A stretch of DNA of 64,000 bases from Polyangiales bacterium (GTDB taxonomy: Bacteria; Myxococcota_A; Polyangia; Polyangiales; Ga0077539). The notes beneath the pieces were generated by a model that was not told the origin of the DNA, made no database searches, and saw nothing but the letters and a program-made list of their open reading frames with translations. The stretch spans positions 493,551 to 557,550 of the forward strand of contig JBGARZ010000005.1 in NCBI GenBank assembly GCA_044229975.1, given 5' to 3'. Of the stretch, positions 28,442-38,620 are shown piece by piece; the first letter of the stretch is position 1, and each line of letters starts with the position of its first letter. The position numbers were made by a program, and so were the translations under genes.

Positions 28442-29787
28442 CGACCCGCGGGCTCGCCGTCGAGCAGGCCCTTCAACCGTAGCCAGCGCGCGAGGTCGTG
28501 GCCGAGCACGCCCGCGTCGTCGACGAGCAGTCGCAGCTGTCGCCGACGCCCGCTGTCGAGCGCGAGGGAGGCGGGGTCGACGTGCAGGAGCGCACGGTGC
28601 ACCGCGACCACCGTGAGCCGAACGCGGTGGAAGAGCTTGTCTTGCGCCCAGCGGAGCACCTGCACCCGCACGCTGCTGGCCTCGTAGCCGATGGACACCA
28701 CCCGCTCGGCGTCGACGCCGAGGGCGCGCAGGAGCACGTCCGCGGCGGGCGACTCGGCGGCGGCGTCGAGGCACTGCTCGCGGAGGTCGCCCGGCAGGGA
28801 CGTCGTGAGGCGCTCCAGGGCAGGGATGTTGAGGGTCCCCTGGGTGGCGAGCGGGACGGCGGCGTTGCTCGCGAGGAAGGCGCGCAGCCGCGCGGCGAGC
28901 GAGGCGACGGCGTCGATGCGCCCCTCGGCCATGAGCCCGTACACGGTGGCCGCGAAGGCGCGCTCGCCGACGGGTGAGAGGGCGACGGCGACGTCGAACG
29001 CGGGCGCCGAGACGTCGCGGGTGAGCGAGTCGGCGACGAGGGAGGCCCACGAGGTGGGGAGGTAGCCGCGGAGGGCGGCGACGACGAGGTCGCGGCGGGC
29101 GAGCTCGTCGGGGCGCAGCGCGAGGAGGAGGTCGGAGACGTAGGCCCACGAGCGGGGCGGCGCGTCGTCGAAGACGGTGGCGTGCTCGCGCACGACGGAG
29201 AGCACGGCGGGATGAACACGACGGGCCTCGGCCCACAGGAGCCACGAGGCGCGGTCGGCGCACACCGCGAGTTGCATGAAGCGGGCGCGCAGCGCGGGGT
29301 CGAGGCGGTTGACCTGGTAGTCGCCGTCCTCGGGGTTGACCGCCGCGACGCAGAACCACCCGGGCGGGAGCTCGTAGGCGTGGAGCCGCCGCGCCGAGAG
29401 GAGCTGTAGCGCGGGCTGCATCACGGGGATCTCCGCGCGGTTGAGCTCTTCGAGCATGAGCACGCCGCGGCCCTCGGTGGGGAGCTCGGAGGGGCTGGCG
29501 TAGTGGGTGCGGCCGTCGCGGATGACGGGGAGGCCGACGAGGTCGGGCGGTTCGAGGAGGCTGAGGTCGAGCACGACGCACTGGATGCCCGCGGTGCGCG
29601 CAAACTCCGCGACGATCTGGCTCTTGCCGATGCCGGTGGGCCCTTCGAGGAGCACCGGGAGGCGCGCGCGGTAGGCGACGTCGAGGAGGGCGACGAGCCC
29701 CGCGCCGACGGGGGTGGCCTGCGCCGCGACGGGCTCCTTCACGTCGGCGTCGCGGGTCTTGCGTTGGGGTGATCGCGGGGTGCTCAT
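28438..29787 (-). CDS. MoxR-like AAA+ ATPase with helical C-terminal extension
   Basis: GPTGIGKSQIV; LEPPDLVGLP; LMLEELNRA; AAVNP; LDPALRARF; PRSW. Confidence 0.92.
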   Translation of the reverse strand: MSTPRSPQRKTRDADVKEPVAAQATPVGAGLVALLDVAYRARLPVLLEGPTGIGKSQIVAEFARTAGIQCVVLDLSLLEPPDLVGLPVIRDGRTHYASPSELPTEGRGVLMLEELNRAEIPVMQPALQLLSARRLHAYELPPGWFCVAAVNPEDGDYQVNRLDPALRARFMQLAVCADRASWLLWAEARRVHPAVLSVVREHATVFDDAPPRSWAYVSDLLLALRPDELARRDLVVAALRGYLPTSWASLVADSLTRDVSAPAFDVAVALSPVGERAFAATVYGLMAEGRIDAVASLAARLRAFLASNAAVPLATQGTLNIPALERLTTSLPGDLREQCLDAAAESPAADVLLRALGVDAERVVSIGYEASSVRVQVLRWAQDKLFHRVRLTVVAVHRALLHVDPASLALDSGRRRQLRLLVDDAGVLGHDLARWLRLKGLLDGEPAGR

Positions 29788-30131
29788 CGTCGGGGGTCTG
29801 CCTTCGTGGAAGCGATCGCGGGGGAGAGCTGGAAGCCGCCGTTGTTCCACGGAGGGATCGACCACGCGCCGGCGAGGACGGAGCCGTCCAGGCGGCCGAG
29901 GTAGAGCACGCTGTGGGCGCCGTCGTAGGTCTTGATCCACCCGAGGCGGAGCTGCCCGCGGGTGGTGCGGTACTGGCCTTCGATGGTGAAGGTCCCGAGG
30001 TCGTCGCGGCCGTCGCCGCGCACGATGCCGTCGGCAAACTCCAGGGTCATCTCCTGGTCGTAGTGGCGCCGGGACTGCTCGTAGAAGCCCTTCCACAGCC
30101 CCGAGACGAGCGGCGTGACCGACGAGCGCAT
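29784..30131 (-). CDS. Small beta-rich hypothetical protein
   Basis: SGLWKGFYEQ...GDGRDDLGTFTIEGQY...WIKTYDGAHSVLYLG..AGAW. ATGA-coupled to the ATPase. Confidence 0.75.
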   Translation of the reverse strand: MRSSVTPLVSGLWKGFYEQSRRHYDQEMTLEFADGIVRGDGRDDLGTFTIEGQYRTTRGQLRLGWIKTYDGAHSVLYLGRLDGSVLAGAWSIPPWNNGGFQLSPAIASTKADPRR

Positions 30132-30210
30132 CGCGCAGTGGCGTACCCCGCCGACGCGGCGGGTGTCGAGGGAGGGCGTTGGGAGGGAGAGGGTGTCCCA
30201 GGTTGAGAAT

Positions 30211-30460
30211 CCGCGTCGCTCACGCCGGAGTTCACCGTGCCGCCTCCGCGCTCGCCGCGCTCGGTTCACTCCGGGCTATTTCACGCGGATCGCCCCGCCT
30301 GAAGCGGGGCTCCGTGAAGCCGATCCTGGGCCGCCCACCATCGCATGACGAGCCGCCTGAGCCCCGCTTCAGGCGGGGCGATCCGCGTGAAATAGCCCGG
30401 AGTGAACCGAGCGCGGCGAGCGCGGAGGCGGCACGGTGAACTCCGGCGTGAGCGACGCGG
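30211..30460. repeat. Long palindromic REP-like element (102-bp perfect arms, 46-bp spacer)
   Basis: 30211-30312 is the reverse complement of 30359-30460. Confidence 0.92.
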
Positions 30461-30564
30461 GTTTCCTACTTTGACGGGGGCCCAGGAGTCGGTGTCCTCA
30501 CTCGGATACTGCCCATCGGGAGGGTGACTCCAGACCATCGATCGAGGTGAGTTACGATGCGTCG

Positions 30565-31137
30565 ATGACGGCGATCTCAAAGACCCTCATGACCGCGGAG
30601 GAGTACCTCGCGCGCGAGAGCGGAGCGTCGGAGAAGAGCATCCTCTGGGACGGGGAGGTCTACGCGATGGCGGGCGCGATGCCGAACCACAACGCCATCG
30701 TGGCCAACGCGCTCGCCGAGCTTCGCCGCGTCACGCGTCGAGGGCCGTGTCGCGTCTATGCGTCCGACCTCAAGGTGTATGTCCCGACGCGCGCGGGCTT
30801 CGTCTATCCCGACGCGAGCGTCGTCTGTGGTGCGCTTGAGCTCTACGGTCGTAGCCGTGACGTGATCGTCAACCCGACCGTGTTGCTGGAGGTGCTCTCG
30901 GAGGGGACCGAGAGCTTCGACCGGGGCGAGAAGGCGTCGGGCTACCGGGCGATCCCTTCGTTGAAGCACCATGTGCTCGTGTCGCAGACCACGCGCCAGG
31001 TCGAGGTCTTCACGCGGCAGACCGACGACGCGTGGTTGTTGCGCGAATACCGCGGCTCCGACGAGGCCGCGATCGACGCGCTCGGCGGCGCGCTGTCGCT
31101 GGACGAGCTCTATCTCAAGGTGTTCGAGGAGTTGTAG
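30565..31137 (+). CDS. Uma2-family (PD-(D/E)xK-like) endonuclease domain protein
   Basis: MTAEEYL..E...DGEVYAMAGA...HN.I; YPDASVVC; NPTVLLEVLSEGTESFDRGEK..YR.IPSL. Confidence 0.92.
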   Translation: MTAISKTLMTAEEYLARESGASEKSILWDGEVYAMAGAMPNHNAIVANALAELRRVTRRGPCRVYASDLKVYVPTRAGFVYPDASVVCGALELYGRSRDVIVNPTVLLEVLSEGTESFDRGEKASGYRAIPSLKHHVLVSQTTRQVEVFTRQTDDAWLLREYRGSDEAAIDALGGALSLDELYLKVFEEL

Positions 31138-31173
31138 GCGTAGGCGGCGTTGCCGGGATGGCGAGGAGGTCGT

Positions 31174-31599
31174 TCACGACGGCTTTGCGGGGTCATTCCG
31201 CGAGGTCATCTCGGCGGCACCGGACGTCCCCGATCCGCCCGACGAGCCCTGCGGCGCCGCGAAGCCGATCGGGAGAAACATCCGGTTCAACAGCAGGCAC
31301 GCCCTCGCCACCCGGGCGACTGCGATCGCGTGAGCGGGAAACGGCTCCGTCCCTCGCAGCACGAGCGCGTGTGCCGTGCCGACCGTCCCGACGACCGTAC
31401 GGTCATCGATCATCATCACCGCGCCAGGCACCCAACGTGACGAACGCGCCACCTCGAAGAACGACTCCCCCTCCTCGGCCCCGACCTCGACGTCGATGGT
31501 GCCCTGGCGAAGGTCGACCAGCGCGACGCCGCCGAGGATCGACACGTACCGCACGATCTCTTCGATGTGACGTCGAGCGTCGCCCGGGAAGTTGGCCAC
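31174..31599 (-). CDS. Hypothetical protein
   Basis: 141-aa ORF with a globular-looking N-terminus; no recognisable motif. Confidence 0.4.
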   Translation of the reverse strand: MANFPGDARRHIEEIVRYVSILGGVALVDLRQGTIDVEVGAEEGESFFEVARSSRWVPGAVMMIDDRTVVGTVGTAHALVLRGTEPFPAHAIAVARVARACLLLNRMFLPIGFAAPQGSSGGSGTSGAAEMTSRNDPAKPS

Positions 31600-31914
31600 G
31601 TCACAGAGCTACCACGCTCAACGGTCGTCCACCTCAGCGAGCCACCCCACCACCGAGGCGCAACGAGCGCGACGTGCAGGCCAAACCCCTCGAGCGCACA
31701 CCTCGAGCGCGCCGTCGCGGTGCCGAAGTACACCCCCACGCCCCCGCACCGACGACCGCGTCTCCACGGGCAGGAGTCGCCGGAACGGGGCCGATGTGCC
31801 GGAGGCTACCATCAATGTCTCACGTCGAATGGACAGCGAGGTATCGAGCGCGAACGGGCGCTCATCACTGAGGGTTCATCGCTGTCGGGGACACCCGACG
31901 ATCGACGTCGCGGG

Positions 31915-33864
31915 TTAGCGCGCGGCCGGAGTCGTCGCGGGTGCCGCTGGTGCGTTCACGTCGAACTCCACCCCGCGGATGGCCTCGACCAACCGCACGC
32001 GTCGCTCGCCGATCTGCGTGTCGAGCTCGACGACGCGGCGGATGGTCTGATCGATGTCCGTCGCCGTGCGCGCGAGGCGGGCCGTGAGCTGCGCGCGCAG
32101 ATCGGCCGCCGCCGGGTTGCGCTGGATGGCGGTGAGGTTTCCGCGCGTCTCTTCGGCGCTGTTCTGGAGCTCGTCGCGGCGGGTGACCTGCTGGTCGCGC
32201 TGCGTGGTGAGGTCGGCGATCTGACGACGCAGGTCGAGCGCGCCGCGCAACGTGGTGGCGAGCGGCTCGGCGGGGTGGCCGTCGCGCAGGTACGCGGTGA
32301 GCGCGTCCGCGGCCTGGTCGTTGGCGAGGTCGACGCCGACGGTGAACGCGGTGCGCGCGGTGACCACGGTCTCGCTCCGACCGTGGGCATCGATGTTGGT
32401 CGGGACGAGGGCGTTGCCGTTGCTGTTCTCGGTTCCGGTCGGCGGCTCGAAGAGCACCGAGTTGCCGAGCGGGTGGCGGTAGAGCAGGCGGGCGGCGCGG
32501 TCGAGGCCGTTGCGGGCGCGGTAGGTGGTGCGGGTCACGCTGAAGCGCTCGATGGTCAGCGTGTCGCGCACCATGCGGACGAGCCGCGCGCCCTCCACCG
32601 CGGAGGTCTGCGACGACTCCACCGCGATGCCCCGCTCCAGCGAAAACGGAACCGTCGTCGTCGCCCCGTCGGGCAGCGACTCCATCATCCCCTGACCGAG
32701 AAACGCGTTGCGCTCGAAGATGGCGATGGGGCCGCGTTCGAGGGTTCCGCCGGTGCGGTTTTCGAAGCGCGCGACGTGGAAGGGATGCGCCCCCGAGTCA
32801 CCGACACCGGGGTCGGGCGCGAAGAGATACATCTGGTCACCGGGGACGTCTCGCGCCGTCAGCATCACCATCGTCGCGCTGCGATCGGGGACGGTCACCG
32901 TCTGCGGGAGATCGTAGCGGGTGGCGCCGCCCTGCACCGCGAGCGCGGCGAGCGCGGCGAGGTTGCGCGGCGTCGACGACGGTGGCGGCGGAGGAGGCGG
33001 CGCGGACGGCCCTCGCGGCTGCGACTGGGCGCGATAGGGCGCACCTCCCATCGGGGCCGCTGGGGCGGGCATGCGCGTCACGGCCGTTCGGCGCTGCGCC
33101 GCACGACCGCGCCCGTTGGTGGGCGCGTCGGCCATCGCCTCGCCGCCGTAGCCGCTGCCGTCGTCGGCGCTCTCGATCGCGGGCGGCGCCATCGGTACGT
33201 TGACGACGGCGGTCTCGGTGGCGAGCGTGGTGTCGCTCTGCGGGACGGCGTCGATGACGGCGCCGCGGTCGGTCACCGTGGGTCGCAGCGGGATGACCGG
33301 CGTGGCGAGCTCGGAGCGAAACGACACGGGCGAGCCCGACACGAGCGAGAGGTTGACGTTGGACCAGTCCTCGCCGGAGAGGTTCTGCACGATGCCCCAC
33401 GCCTGCACCTGCGGCCGCTCGCCCTGGAAGACGAGGCGGTAGGTGGGCCGCCAGATGGGGGTCTCGACGGTGTAGCCCACGGTGAGGTCGTGCTCGCGGC
33501 CGTCGAGCGCGAGCCGAACGTTGCGCCGGCGGTTGGGGTCGGGCGGCGTGTCGCCGACCTGCTCCTCGGGCATCGGGAAGGCCGCCGAGCGAACGCTGCT
33601 GCCGCCCGACTCCATCACCGCGAGCGTCGCGAGGAAGTCGCCCACCTCGTTCTGCGTGACGCGGAAGTTCACGGCGTCGCCCTCGACGCGGCCCTGGCGC
33701 TCGAAGTACCCGACGCCGTTGCGGTAGACCACCACGCGGCGCAGCGGCAGCGTCGGGCCCGTCTCGACGGCGGGGTGTCGCGCGCAACCGATGGCGGAGA
33801 AGAGCGAGAGGGAGAGGGTGGCGGCCGCGAGTGCGCGGCGCGAGCGGGCGTTGGACTTGGACAT
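31915..33864 (-). CDS. DUF4139-like lipoprotein
   Basis: Lipobox AIGC; LPLRRVVVYRNGVGYFER; PIWRPTYRLV; QAWGIVQNLSGEDWSNVNLSLVSGSP; C-terminal coiled coil. Confidence 0.85.
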   Translation of the reverse strand: MSKSNARSRRALAAATLSLSLFSAIGCARHPAVETGPTLPLRRVVVYRNGVGYFERQGRVEGDAVNFRVTQNEVGDFLATLAVMESGGSSVRSAAFPMPEEQVGDTPPDPNRRRNVRLALDGREHDLTVGYTVETPIWRPTYRLVFQGERPQVQAWGIVQNLSGEDWSNVNLSLVSGSPVSFRSELATPVIPLRPTVTDRGAVIDAVPQSDTTLATETAVVNVPMAPPAIESADDGSGYGGEAMADAPTNGRGRAAQRRTAVTRMPAPAAPMGGAPYRAQSQPRGPSAPPPPPPPSSTPRNLAALAALAVQGGATRYDLPQTVTVPDRSATMVMLTARDVPGDQMYLFAPDPGVGDSGAHPFHVARFENRTGGTLERGPIAIFERNAFLGQGMMESLPDGATTTVPFSLERGIAVESSQTSAVEGARLVRMVRDTLTIERFSVTRTTYRARNGLDRAARLLYRHPLGNSVLFEPPTGTENSNGNALVPTNIDAHGRSETVVTARTAFTVGVDLANDQAADALTAYLRDGHPAEPLATTLRGALDLRRQIADLTTQRDQQVTRRDELQNSAEETRGNLTAIQRNPAAADLRAQLTARLARTATDIDQTIRRVVELDTQIGERRVRLVEAIRGVEFDVNAPAAPATTPAAR

Positions 33865-34098
33865 GGGGAGACCTCCGATGGGGCCGAGACGCACGAGCCG
33901 ACCCGGAAGGTCTCTCCCCGCGCGCCGACGACGCCGTTGTCTATCAAACGATCGCGCGCCGCGGGAGGCGGTCATCGGTTGCGCCGATTCTGCACAACCG
34001 CGGGCGGATCGAGCCGATACGGCGCGACGCCGAAAACCTTACGGGGCGAAGTGCAGCCTTGATCGCGGATGGCATCCGGGGTGCTCTATCGGCACGTC

Positions 34099-35112
34099 AT
34101 GAAGAAGCCGATGTCGAGGAGGAAGAAGGTCGCGCTCGCGGTGGCGGCGTTGGTCGTGGCGGCGCCGACGGCGCTGGTGGCGTCGATCAAGATGCGACCG
34201 CTGCGTACGTCCCCGACGTGGACGGAGTCGGTCGAGGCGACGCCCGAACGACTCGCCCGCGGGCGCTACCTCGCCGAGCACGTAGCGGTCTGCGCCGACT
34301 GTCACAGCGAGCGCGACTGGTCGACCTTTTCGGGGCCGCCCATTCGCGGAACGCTCGGCGGCGGCGGCGAGCACTTCGGCCACGCCATCGGGTTTCCGGG
34401 CGAGGTGTCGAGCCGCAACATCACGCCGCACCCCACGGAGGGCGTCGGGCGGTGGTCCGACGGCGAGCTGGTGCGCGCCGTCCGCGAAGGGGTCAACCGC
34501 GACGGCCGACCGCTCGCGCCGATCATGCCGTACGCCAACTACCGCGCGATGGGCGACGAGGACGCGCGCGCCATCGTGACCTGGGTGCGCTCGCTGCCGA
34601 CGATCGCGCGGCGTCACCCGGAGCCGACGCTCGACTTCCCGCTGTCGCTGCTGGTGCGGACGATTCCCGCGCCGGCGGGGCCTCGCGGGGACGGCCACGT
34701 CGCGACGCCGACTCCGCGCGTGGACGCGGCCTATGGCGCCTACCTCGTGAGGATGGCGAGCTGCGCGGACTGCCACACGCGAAGCGAGCGCGGAGAGCCC
34801 GTGGCGGGGATGGAGTTTGCGGGCGGGATGGAATACCGGCTGCCCGGGTACGTGCTGCGCTCGGCCAACATCACGCCCGACCCGACGGGCATCGGCGCGA
34901 TGAGCGAGGACGCCTTCGTGGCGCGCTTCCAGACGTACCGCGTGCCCGACGCGGAGGTAGCGGTGCCGCGCCCGGCGCAGCGGACCTTCATGCGGGGCAA
35001 CACCATCATGCCGTGGCGGATGTACGCCGGGATGACCGACGACGACCTGCGCGCGATCTACCGCTACCTCCGCACGCTGCGCCCGGTGAGCAACGTCGTC
35101 CCGCGGGGGTGA
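34099..35112 (+). CDS. Membrane-anchored di-heme c-type cytochrome
   Basis: Two CADCH motifs; NITP after each; distal MPY and MPW; N-terminal TM segment. Confidence 0.92.
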   Translation: MKKPMSRRKKVALAVAALVVAAPTALVASIKMRPLRTSPTWTESVEATPERLARGRYLAEHVAVCADCHSERDWSTFSGPPIRGTLGGGGEHFGHAIGFPGEVSSRNITPHPTEGVGRWSDGELVRAVREGVNRDGRPLAPIMPYANYRAMGDEDARAIVTWVRSLPTIARRHPEPTLDFPLSLLVRTIPAPAGPRGDGHVATPTPRVDAAYGAYLVRMASCADCHTRSERGEPVAGMEFAGGMEYRLPGYVLRSANITPDPTGIGAMSEDAFVARFQTYRVPDAEVAVPRPAQRTFMRGNTIMPWRMYAGMTDDDLRAIYRYLRTLRPVSNVVPRG

Positions 35113-35119
35113 GTGGTGA

Positions 35120-35348
35120 GGCCGGAGTTCGCGTGACCCCATTGCGAGTGCGTGCAGTCGCTCACGCCGGGCTATTTCACGCGGTCACCTCGCTGCGCGA
35201 GGTTGCGGCACTGGCCACGATGAGCAACCCATCGACTCGAGTATCGCCAGCCGAAAGTCCCTGCAACCTCGCGCAGCGAGGTGACCACCTGAAATAGCCC
35301 GGAGTGAGCGACTGCACCTCGGCTCATGGACTCACGCGAACTCCGGCC
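35120..35348. repeat. Long imperfect palindromic REP-like element, same family as 30211
   Basis: GGCCGGAGTTCGCGTGA...CCGGGCTATTTCA..GGTCACCTCGCTGCGCGAGGTTGC mirrored on the right. Confidence 0.85.
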
Positions 35349-35380
35349 AGGCGGGTCCAGCGACCATCGGACGGTTGCTC

Positions 35381-36823
35381 CTACGGCTCCTCGACGACGA
35401 GCAGGTACTCGCCCGCGCGCGCAACCCCGCCGCTGACGAAGGTGTCCAGCGAGAGCGTCCACGTTCCCGGTGCGAGCGTGGCGACGAGCGCGCGGTCGTC
35501 GCGGGCGACGCAGCCTTCGGCGGTCGCGGTGCGGTCGAGCAGGTGGACGTCGACGTCGGTGCTCCCGCGCGTGATGACCATGGCGCGAATCGCCGTCGGC
35601 CTCGCGACGGTGATGCGATAGACGAACTCCGCGCCGGACTCATCCGCCGTCGCACGACAGGAGTAGCGGTCGAAGCTCCGGGCGCCGCCGGTGGAGGTGT
35701 CGCGCGCGTCGGCGAAGGGCAGCGACGCGATGACGAAGGGGTCGGCGTGGGAGCCCGAACCCGACAGGCGGGGCGCGTCGGCGTCGGGCGCGGCGCGGGC
35801 GCGGAGGGTCACCTCGGCGACGCGGTGGAGCGCTTCGAGCGTGAGCAGGTTGCGCTGGTTGTAGCCGAAGCGCAGGCCGTCGGGCGTGAGGGCGCAGGCG
35901 CGAAAACCTGCGCTCGTCGAGTAGGTGTTGGGGTGGAGGTGATCGGCGCCGAGGCCGTGCGACGCGAGCGGGACGAGCGCGCCGTGGAAGTCCACCAGCG
36001 GAACCCCACGGGACTGCGCCACCCCACGGACGACCGCGTTGTAGCGAGGGACCCAGAGGTCGGCGTCGGCGTTGTCGTCGCGCGGAGGAACCGTAGAGAG
36101 AATCGGGATCACCCCGCGGGCGAGGGTCTGGTCGACGATGTCGAGGAGGCTCGCGCCGTAGCGGAAGATGTCGCGCGACTGGATGTCGTTGGTCCCGAAC
36201 ATCACGGAGGCGACGGAGGGACGCGCGGCGTCGAGCTCGCGGGTGAGCGGTGAGGGGGCGCCCGCGAGGGCGGCGGGGGCGCTCCAGCCGACGGTGGCGG
36301 CGAGGCTGACGCGGCGGTACGGGTCGGTGCCCGCGACGGAGCCGGAGCGGTAGAGGTCGAGGGTGGGGCGGAGGTGCTCGCGACCACCGAGGTCGACCGC
36401 GGTCGTCGACGCGAAGCACGCCATGAACGACGTGCTCACCGTGATGGAGTCACCGACCTTGGAGAAGACGTTGTCGTTGAGCGACGTCCCCCGCGCCGCG
36501 ATGGCGCGGAGCCGCGCGACGAGGTCGGGCGTGATGGGTGAGTGGCGCTGCGCCGCGGGGTAGAGCACCGGGCCCGGCGGTGGCGGCGGGACATCGGGAG
36601 CGACCGGGACATCGGGGGAGAGCGGGCGATCGACGGCGACGGGGACATCGACGGCGGGTGGGCGATCGATGGCCGGTGGGACGTCGACGACAGGCGCGCG
36701 ATCGGCGGGGGCCGCGGCGTCGCGAGGAGGAGCGACGTCGACGGAGGCGTCCTCGACGAGCTCATCGGGGAGAGGAGCGCCGCACGCAGCGAGGAGGATG
36801 GGGAGCGCGACGAGCGGGCGCAT
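35381..36823 (-). CDS. SGNH/GDSL-hydrolase lipoprotein with C-terminal PPC-like domain
   Basis: LAAC lipobox; VGDSIT; MFGTND; DHLHPN; C-terminal DVDVHLL...LAPGTW.L..D. Confidence 0.88.
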   Translation of the reverse strand: MRPLVALPILLAACGAPLPDELVEDASVDVAPPRDAAAPADRAPVVDVPPAIDRPPAVDVPVAVDRPLSPDVPVAPDVPPPPPGPVLYPAAQRHSPITPDLVARLRAIAARGTSLNDNVFSKVGDSITVSTSFMACFASTTAVDLGGREHLRPTLDLYRSGSVAGTDPYRRVSLAATVGWSAPAALAGAPSPLTRELDAARPSVASVMFGTNDIQSRDIFRYGASLLDIVDQTLARGVIPILSTVPPRDDNADADLWVPRYNAVVRGVAQSRGVPLVDFHGALVPLASHGLGADHLHPNTYSTSAGFRACALTPDGLRFGYNQRNLLTLEALHRVAEVTLRARAAPDADAPRLSGSGSHADPFVIASLPFADARDTSTGGARSFDRYSCRATADESGAEFVYRITVARPTAIRAMVITRGSTDVDVHLLDRTATAEGCVARDDRALVATLAPGTWTLSLDTFVSGGVARAGEYLLVVEEP

Positions 36824-36840
36824 GCGCGACGACGATACGC

Positions 36841-37494
36841 CTACCGCTTGCGACGAGCGGCCTTCGCCGCCGGTGGCGTGTCCGTCGGCGCGATGCCCCG
36901 CAGCGCGACGCCCGCCAGGTACGTCGCCATCTCCGCGGGCGCCGGTAGCGTCACGCCGCTCTCGCCGCCCATCGCCGCCGCCACCCGCCGGAGCATCACC
37001 TGCGGCGCCGCCGCGAGCATCGCCACCGTCACCATCGCCGCCGCCGGGTGCACCTCTGCGCCCACGTGCCCGTCGGCCATGCCCTCGGCCAGCAGCGAGA
37101 GCATCGCCGGGACGTGCCCGTGCATCATCCGCCCCGCCACCCGCGCGAGCCGCTCGGACGACACCAGCGCCTCGCGCATCACCAGGCGCAGCACGGTGAA
37201 CTCGTCGTCGGTCATCGCGCCGAAGCGATCGAAGAGGGCGCGCACCCGCGCGTCGAAGTCGGGCCCCGGCGCGATGGCCTCGGTGATCGACTGCGCCATC
37301 GGCGCGTAGTGCCGCTCGACCACCGCGAGGAAGAGGTCGTCCTTCGTGGGGAAGTAGTAATAGACCATGCCCAGGTTGGTCTTGGCGTCGGCCGCGATCT
37401 GCCGCAGCGAGGCGCCGTCCACGCCGTCGTGGAGAAAGCGCCCGGTCGCCGCGGTCACGATGCGCTGGGCGATGTCACTCGGCGGTCGGGCCAT
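36841..37494 (-). CDS. TetR/AcrR-family regulator
   Basis: GVDGASLRQIAADAKTNLGMVYYYFPTKDDLF. Confidence 0.93.
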   Translation of the reverse strand: MARPPSDIAQRIVTAATGRFLHDGVDGASLRQIAADAKTNLGMVYYYFPTKDDLFLAVVERHYAPMAQSITEAIAPGPDFDARVRALFDRFGAMTDDEFTVLRLVMREALVSSERLARVAGRMMHGHVPAMLSLLAEGMADGHVGAEVHPAAAMVTVAMLAAAPQVMLRRVAAAMGGESGVTLPAPAEMATYLAGVALRGIAPTDTPPAAKAARRKR

Positions 37495-37510
37495 AGGGGA
37501 CGTTGTCCTA

Positions 37511-38620
37511 TCACGCGAGGCTCTTGCTGAAGCGCAGCGACGTGAGCGTCACCAGCACCGCGAGGATCACCCCGAGGCGCAGGAGCTCGCCGCGCAGGTC
37601 GTCGAAGCCGGCGCCGCGCAGCGCGATGCCGCGGATGATCTTGAGGAAGTGCGTGAGCGGCAGCACCTCGGAGAGCCACTGCGCGGGCTTCGGCATCCCC
37701 TCGCGCGGAAACATGAACCCGCTCAAGAGCATGTTGGGCAGCAGGAAGAAGAAGGACATCTGCATCGCCTGCTGCTGCGTCTTGGCGAGCGTCGAGAAGA
37801 AGAGCCCCAGCGCGAGGTTGGCCGCGATGAACCCGAAGGCCAGCCCGAACAGCAGCGACAGCGACCCCACCACCGGCACGTCGAACGCCAGCCTCCCGAC
37901 GGTGAGCACCAGCGCCATCTGCACGTAGCCGATCACCACGAAGGGGAGGATCTTCCCCAGCACCAGCTCCCACCGGCGGATGGGTGAGACGACGAGCTGT
38001 TCGAGCGTCCCTCGCTCGCGCTCGCGGGCGACGGCCATCGCGGTGAGCATCACCATGGTCATCGTCAGGATGACGCCGACCAGGCCCGGGACGATGTTCA
38101 CGGCGGTGCGGAGGTCGGGGTTGTACCAGGTGGTCGACTCCAGCGAGAGCGGCGGCTCCCGCGTGCCGGTGCGCGCCAGCACCATGGCCATCGCCCGCTG
38201 CGCCACGAGCCCACCTGCCGCGCCCGTGGCGCTCGTCACCGACTGCGGGTCGGAGCCGTCGACCACGAGCTGCACCGCGGCCGGCCGCCCCAGCGCGATG
38301 CGCTCCGCGTAGCGCGGCGGAATCACCAGCCCCACCCTCGCCCGCCCCGAGCGCAGCGCCGCCGAGAGCTCGGCCGGGTCGCGCACGAAGCCCACCACGT
38401 CACAACTCCCGGTCGCAGCAAGCGACGCGGCGAACTCGCGCGACGCGGCCGTGCGATCTTGATCGAGCACTGCCGTGGGGATGTGCCGGACGTCGGTGTC
38501 GATGGCCCACCCGAAGAGCAGCAACTGCACGATGGGGAGCATCACCATCATCGCGAGCGTGAGCCGATCGCGCCGGAGCTGGAGTAGCTCCTTCCACGCG
38601 ATGGCGAGCAGGCGGGTCAC
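37511..38620 (-). CDS. ABC-2 type permease (YbhR/S-like)
   Basis: KELLQLRRDR; VPGLVGVIL; ARERERGTLEQL; LLSGFMFP..GMP; PLTHFL. Confidence 0.93.
   Translation of the reverse strand: MTRLLAIAWKELLQLRRDRLTLAMMVMLPIVQLLLFGWAIDTDVRHIPTAVLDQDRTAASREFAASLAATGSCDVVGFVRDPAELSAALRSGRARVGLVIPPRYAERIALGRPAAVQLVVDGSDPQSVTSATGAAGGLVAQRAMAMVLARTGTREPPLSLESTTWYNPDLRTAVNIVPGLVGVILTMTMVMLTAMAVARERERGTLEQLVVSPIRRWELVLGKILPFVVIGYVQMALVLTVGRLAFDVPVVGSLSLLFGLAFGFIAANLALGLFFSTLAKTQQQAMQMSFFFLLPNMLLSGFMFPREGMPKPAQWLSEVLPLTHFLKIIRGIALRGAGFDDLRGELLRLGVILAVLVTLTSLRFSKSLA

Noticed and set aside
30565..31137. Uma2 protein as the mobiliser of the adjacent palindrome
   Set aside because: Uma2 genes are abundant in such genomes, and the other palindrome copies have no such neighbour.
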